From Planctomycetota bacterium (GTDB taxonomy: Bacteria > Planctomycetota > JAJSAM01 > JAJVHW01), in NCBI GenBank assembly GCA_024277065.1, contig JAJRVY010000360.1, positions 3,450-67,449 of the forward strand: 64,000 bases of DNA. The letters are read 5' to 3'. Below are positions 62,468-64,000 of the stretch, piece after piece. Each line of letters starts with the position of its first letter. Within the stretch, counting starts at the first letter, position 1. The position numbers and the translations under genes are program-made. A model generated the notes under the pieces. That model ran no database searches, had not been told where the DNA came from, and saw only the letters and a list, made by a program, of their open reading frames with translations.

Positions 62468-63514
62468 ATGCGCGCGGCGCTGTTGCGCGGTGCGCGGCAG
62501 GTCGAGATCGTCTCCGCGCCGCGTCCCGAGCCGGGCCCGGGCGAGATCGTCATTCGCGTCGATGCGGCGCTGACCTGCGGCACCGATGCCAAGGTCTTCC
62601 GCCGCGGCTACCACGCGCGCATGCTGGAGCCGCCCTGTCCCTTCGGTCACGAGTACGCCGGGACGGTGGCGGCCGTCGGCGAGGGCGTCCGCAACGTGTC
62701 GGAGGGCGACGCCGTCGTCGGCGGCAACAGCGCGCCGTGCGGGCGCTGCGACTACTGCCGTGAGGGGCGCGCCGCTCTGTGCGACGACCTGACGTTCGTG
62801 AACGGTGCCTTCGCCGAGTGGATGCTGCTGCCGCGGCGTGTCGTCGCCCACAACCTGCACGCGATCCCACGCGGTCTCGATCCGATCATCGCCGCGGCGA
62901 CCGAACCGGTGGCCTGCGTGCTCAAGGGCATCGAGATGGCCGACGTGCGCGCCGGCGAATCCGTGCTGATCCTCGGCTCGGGCCCCATCGGCCTGATCTT
63001 CGCTGCGGAGGTCGCCGCGCGCAGCGCCCATCCGGTGGTCTTCGCCCGCACGCCCATCGCCGCCGAGACCGCGCGCCGCATGCGCGCTCACGACGTCGTG
63101 CTCGGTGAGTCGCTCGCCGCCTGCCACGAGCGCGTGCGCGAGGCGGCTCCCGGGCGGCGGGGCTACGACGTAGTGATCGAGGCCGCCGGGGCCGAGGAGA
63201 CCACGCAGGCCGCGCCGGCGCTGTGCCGCAAGGGCGGTCGCGTCATGCTCTTCGGCGGCTGCCGCGCGGATGTGCGCGTGACGTGGTCGCCGGCGCCCCT
63301 GCACTACGACGAGATCGCGATCCTGTCGTCGTTCCACCACACTCCGCGGCACGTGGCGGCGTCGCTCGACGTCCTCGCGGCGGGGCGCGTGGACATCGGT
63401 CCCCTGCTCGAGGCGCCGGTCGGCCTGGACGGGCTCACTGACGCCCTCGAGCGGATGTGCTCGCGGGAGCTGCGCGGGAAGGTGCCCGTGCTGCCGCATC
63501 CGACGGGGGCATGA
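62468..63514 (+). CDS. Zn-dependent alcohol/threonine/sorbitol dehydrogenase-like (MDR family)
   Basis: CGTDAK, GHEYAG, CGRCDYCREGRAALC, GSGPIG. ATG 62468 chosen; the track ORF starts earlier at 62387. Confidence 0.85.
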   Translation: MRAALLRGARQVEIVSAPRPEPGPGEIVIRVDAALTCGTDAKVFRRGYHARMLEPPCPFGHEYAGTVAAVGEGVRNVSEGDAVVGGNSAPCGRCDYCREGRAALCDDLTFVNGAFAEWMLLPRRVVAHNLHAIPRGLDPIIAAATEPVACVLKGIEMADVRAGESVLILGSGPIGLIFAAEVAARSAHPVVFARTPIAAETARRMRAHDVVLGESLAACHERVREAAPGRRGYDVVIEAAGAEETTQAAPALCRKGGRVMLFGGCRADVRVTWSPAPLHYDEIAILSSFHHTPRHVAASLDVLAAGRVDIGPLLEAPVGLDGLTDALERMCSRELRGKVPVLPHPTGA

Positions 63515-64000
63515 GCCGCACACCGGTCGTCGTCGTCGCCGCCGCGCTGGCGCTGCTCGTCGCAGGCGTCGCGGCCGTCGTCGTCGCCGCCTCGTCTGCG
63601 GGTGGCGCTGCGCGGGCCGTCACCCCCGCGGAAGCGCACCTGGCCGCGGCGTACCCGCGCGCAGCGGCGGCGGCCTACGGGCGGCGCGTGCTCGTGCTGC
63701 GTGCGCGGCCCGTGTCGCCCGTCGCCGGTGAGATCCTGGAGAGCGCGCGCGCGGGGGGCGGATGGGAACTGCACCCCGGCGCGCCGCCCGGCGCCTCCCT
63801 CTTCCGGGTCGCGCTCGACGAACTGGCGGCGCGGGCCGCCGCGGACTGGGACGCCGGCGGGCGGCTCTCGCCGGCGACGATCGCCCGGCTCGCGCGCGGT
63901 GGCGTCGCCATCGTCGTCGTGGACGACGGGCGCCGCGTCATCGCCCCCGAGCGCGCGGCGGAGGTCGCCGGCGTCTCGCCCGAGCCGAGCGTGCCGGCGC
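63512..64000 (+). CDS. hypothetical protein with an N-terminal TM/signal segment, 3'-partial at the window end
   Basis: ATG overlaps the preceding stop (ATGA). MSRTPVVVVAAALALLVAGVAAVVVAASS... stays open to nt 64000. Confidence 0.45.

Overview
This is a 64-kb, very GC-rich (roughly 70%) bacterial chromosome segment. The taxon cannot be fixed from sequence alone. Gene content (Alternative Complex III, HEAT-repeat and STN-like secreted proteins, sigma-54 enhancer-binding proteins, acidic low-complexity tails) would fit a Planctomycetota, Gemmatimonadota or Rhodothermaeota-like organism.

The dominant feature is an 18.4-kb co-directional minus-strand array (20009 down to 1644): narC-narG-narH-narJ-narI-narK-actA-actB-actC-actD-actE-actF-narK::doxX. 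It joins a membrane-bound respiratory nitrate reductase to a complete Alternative Complex III. An NtrC-type sigma-54 response regulator and a HAMP/PAS histidine kinase lie directly upstream on the same strand.

Both large catalytic genes carry exactly one in-frame TAG and are otherwise intact: narG at 16570-16572 and actB at 7966-7968.

TGA is the usual stop codon here. TAG also ends at least seven ordinary genes, so this is not a genome-wide TAG reassignment.

Other content:
- IS1595 and IS110-like remnants beside a lower-GC beta-helix gene.
- Three copies of a 165-bp MITE-like inverted-repeat element (44.8, 51.6 and 57.0 kb).
- A roughly 60-nt direct-repeat module at two loci (23.9 and 36.2 kb).
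- Two apparent frameshifts (about 28.03 kb and 36.36 kb).
- A translationally coupled vWA and Ser/Thr-kinase pair.
- Two tandem secreted paralogs.
- Housekeeping genes: gyrA, nadE plus a separate C-N hydrolase, cysteine synthase, pepA, pcp, NfeD/stomatin, and two Zn-dependent dehydrogenases.

Many long ORFs in the track are antisense or off-frame artefacts of the high GC content and were ignored. No tRNA, rRNA or CRISPR array was found.
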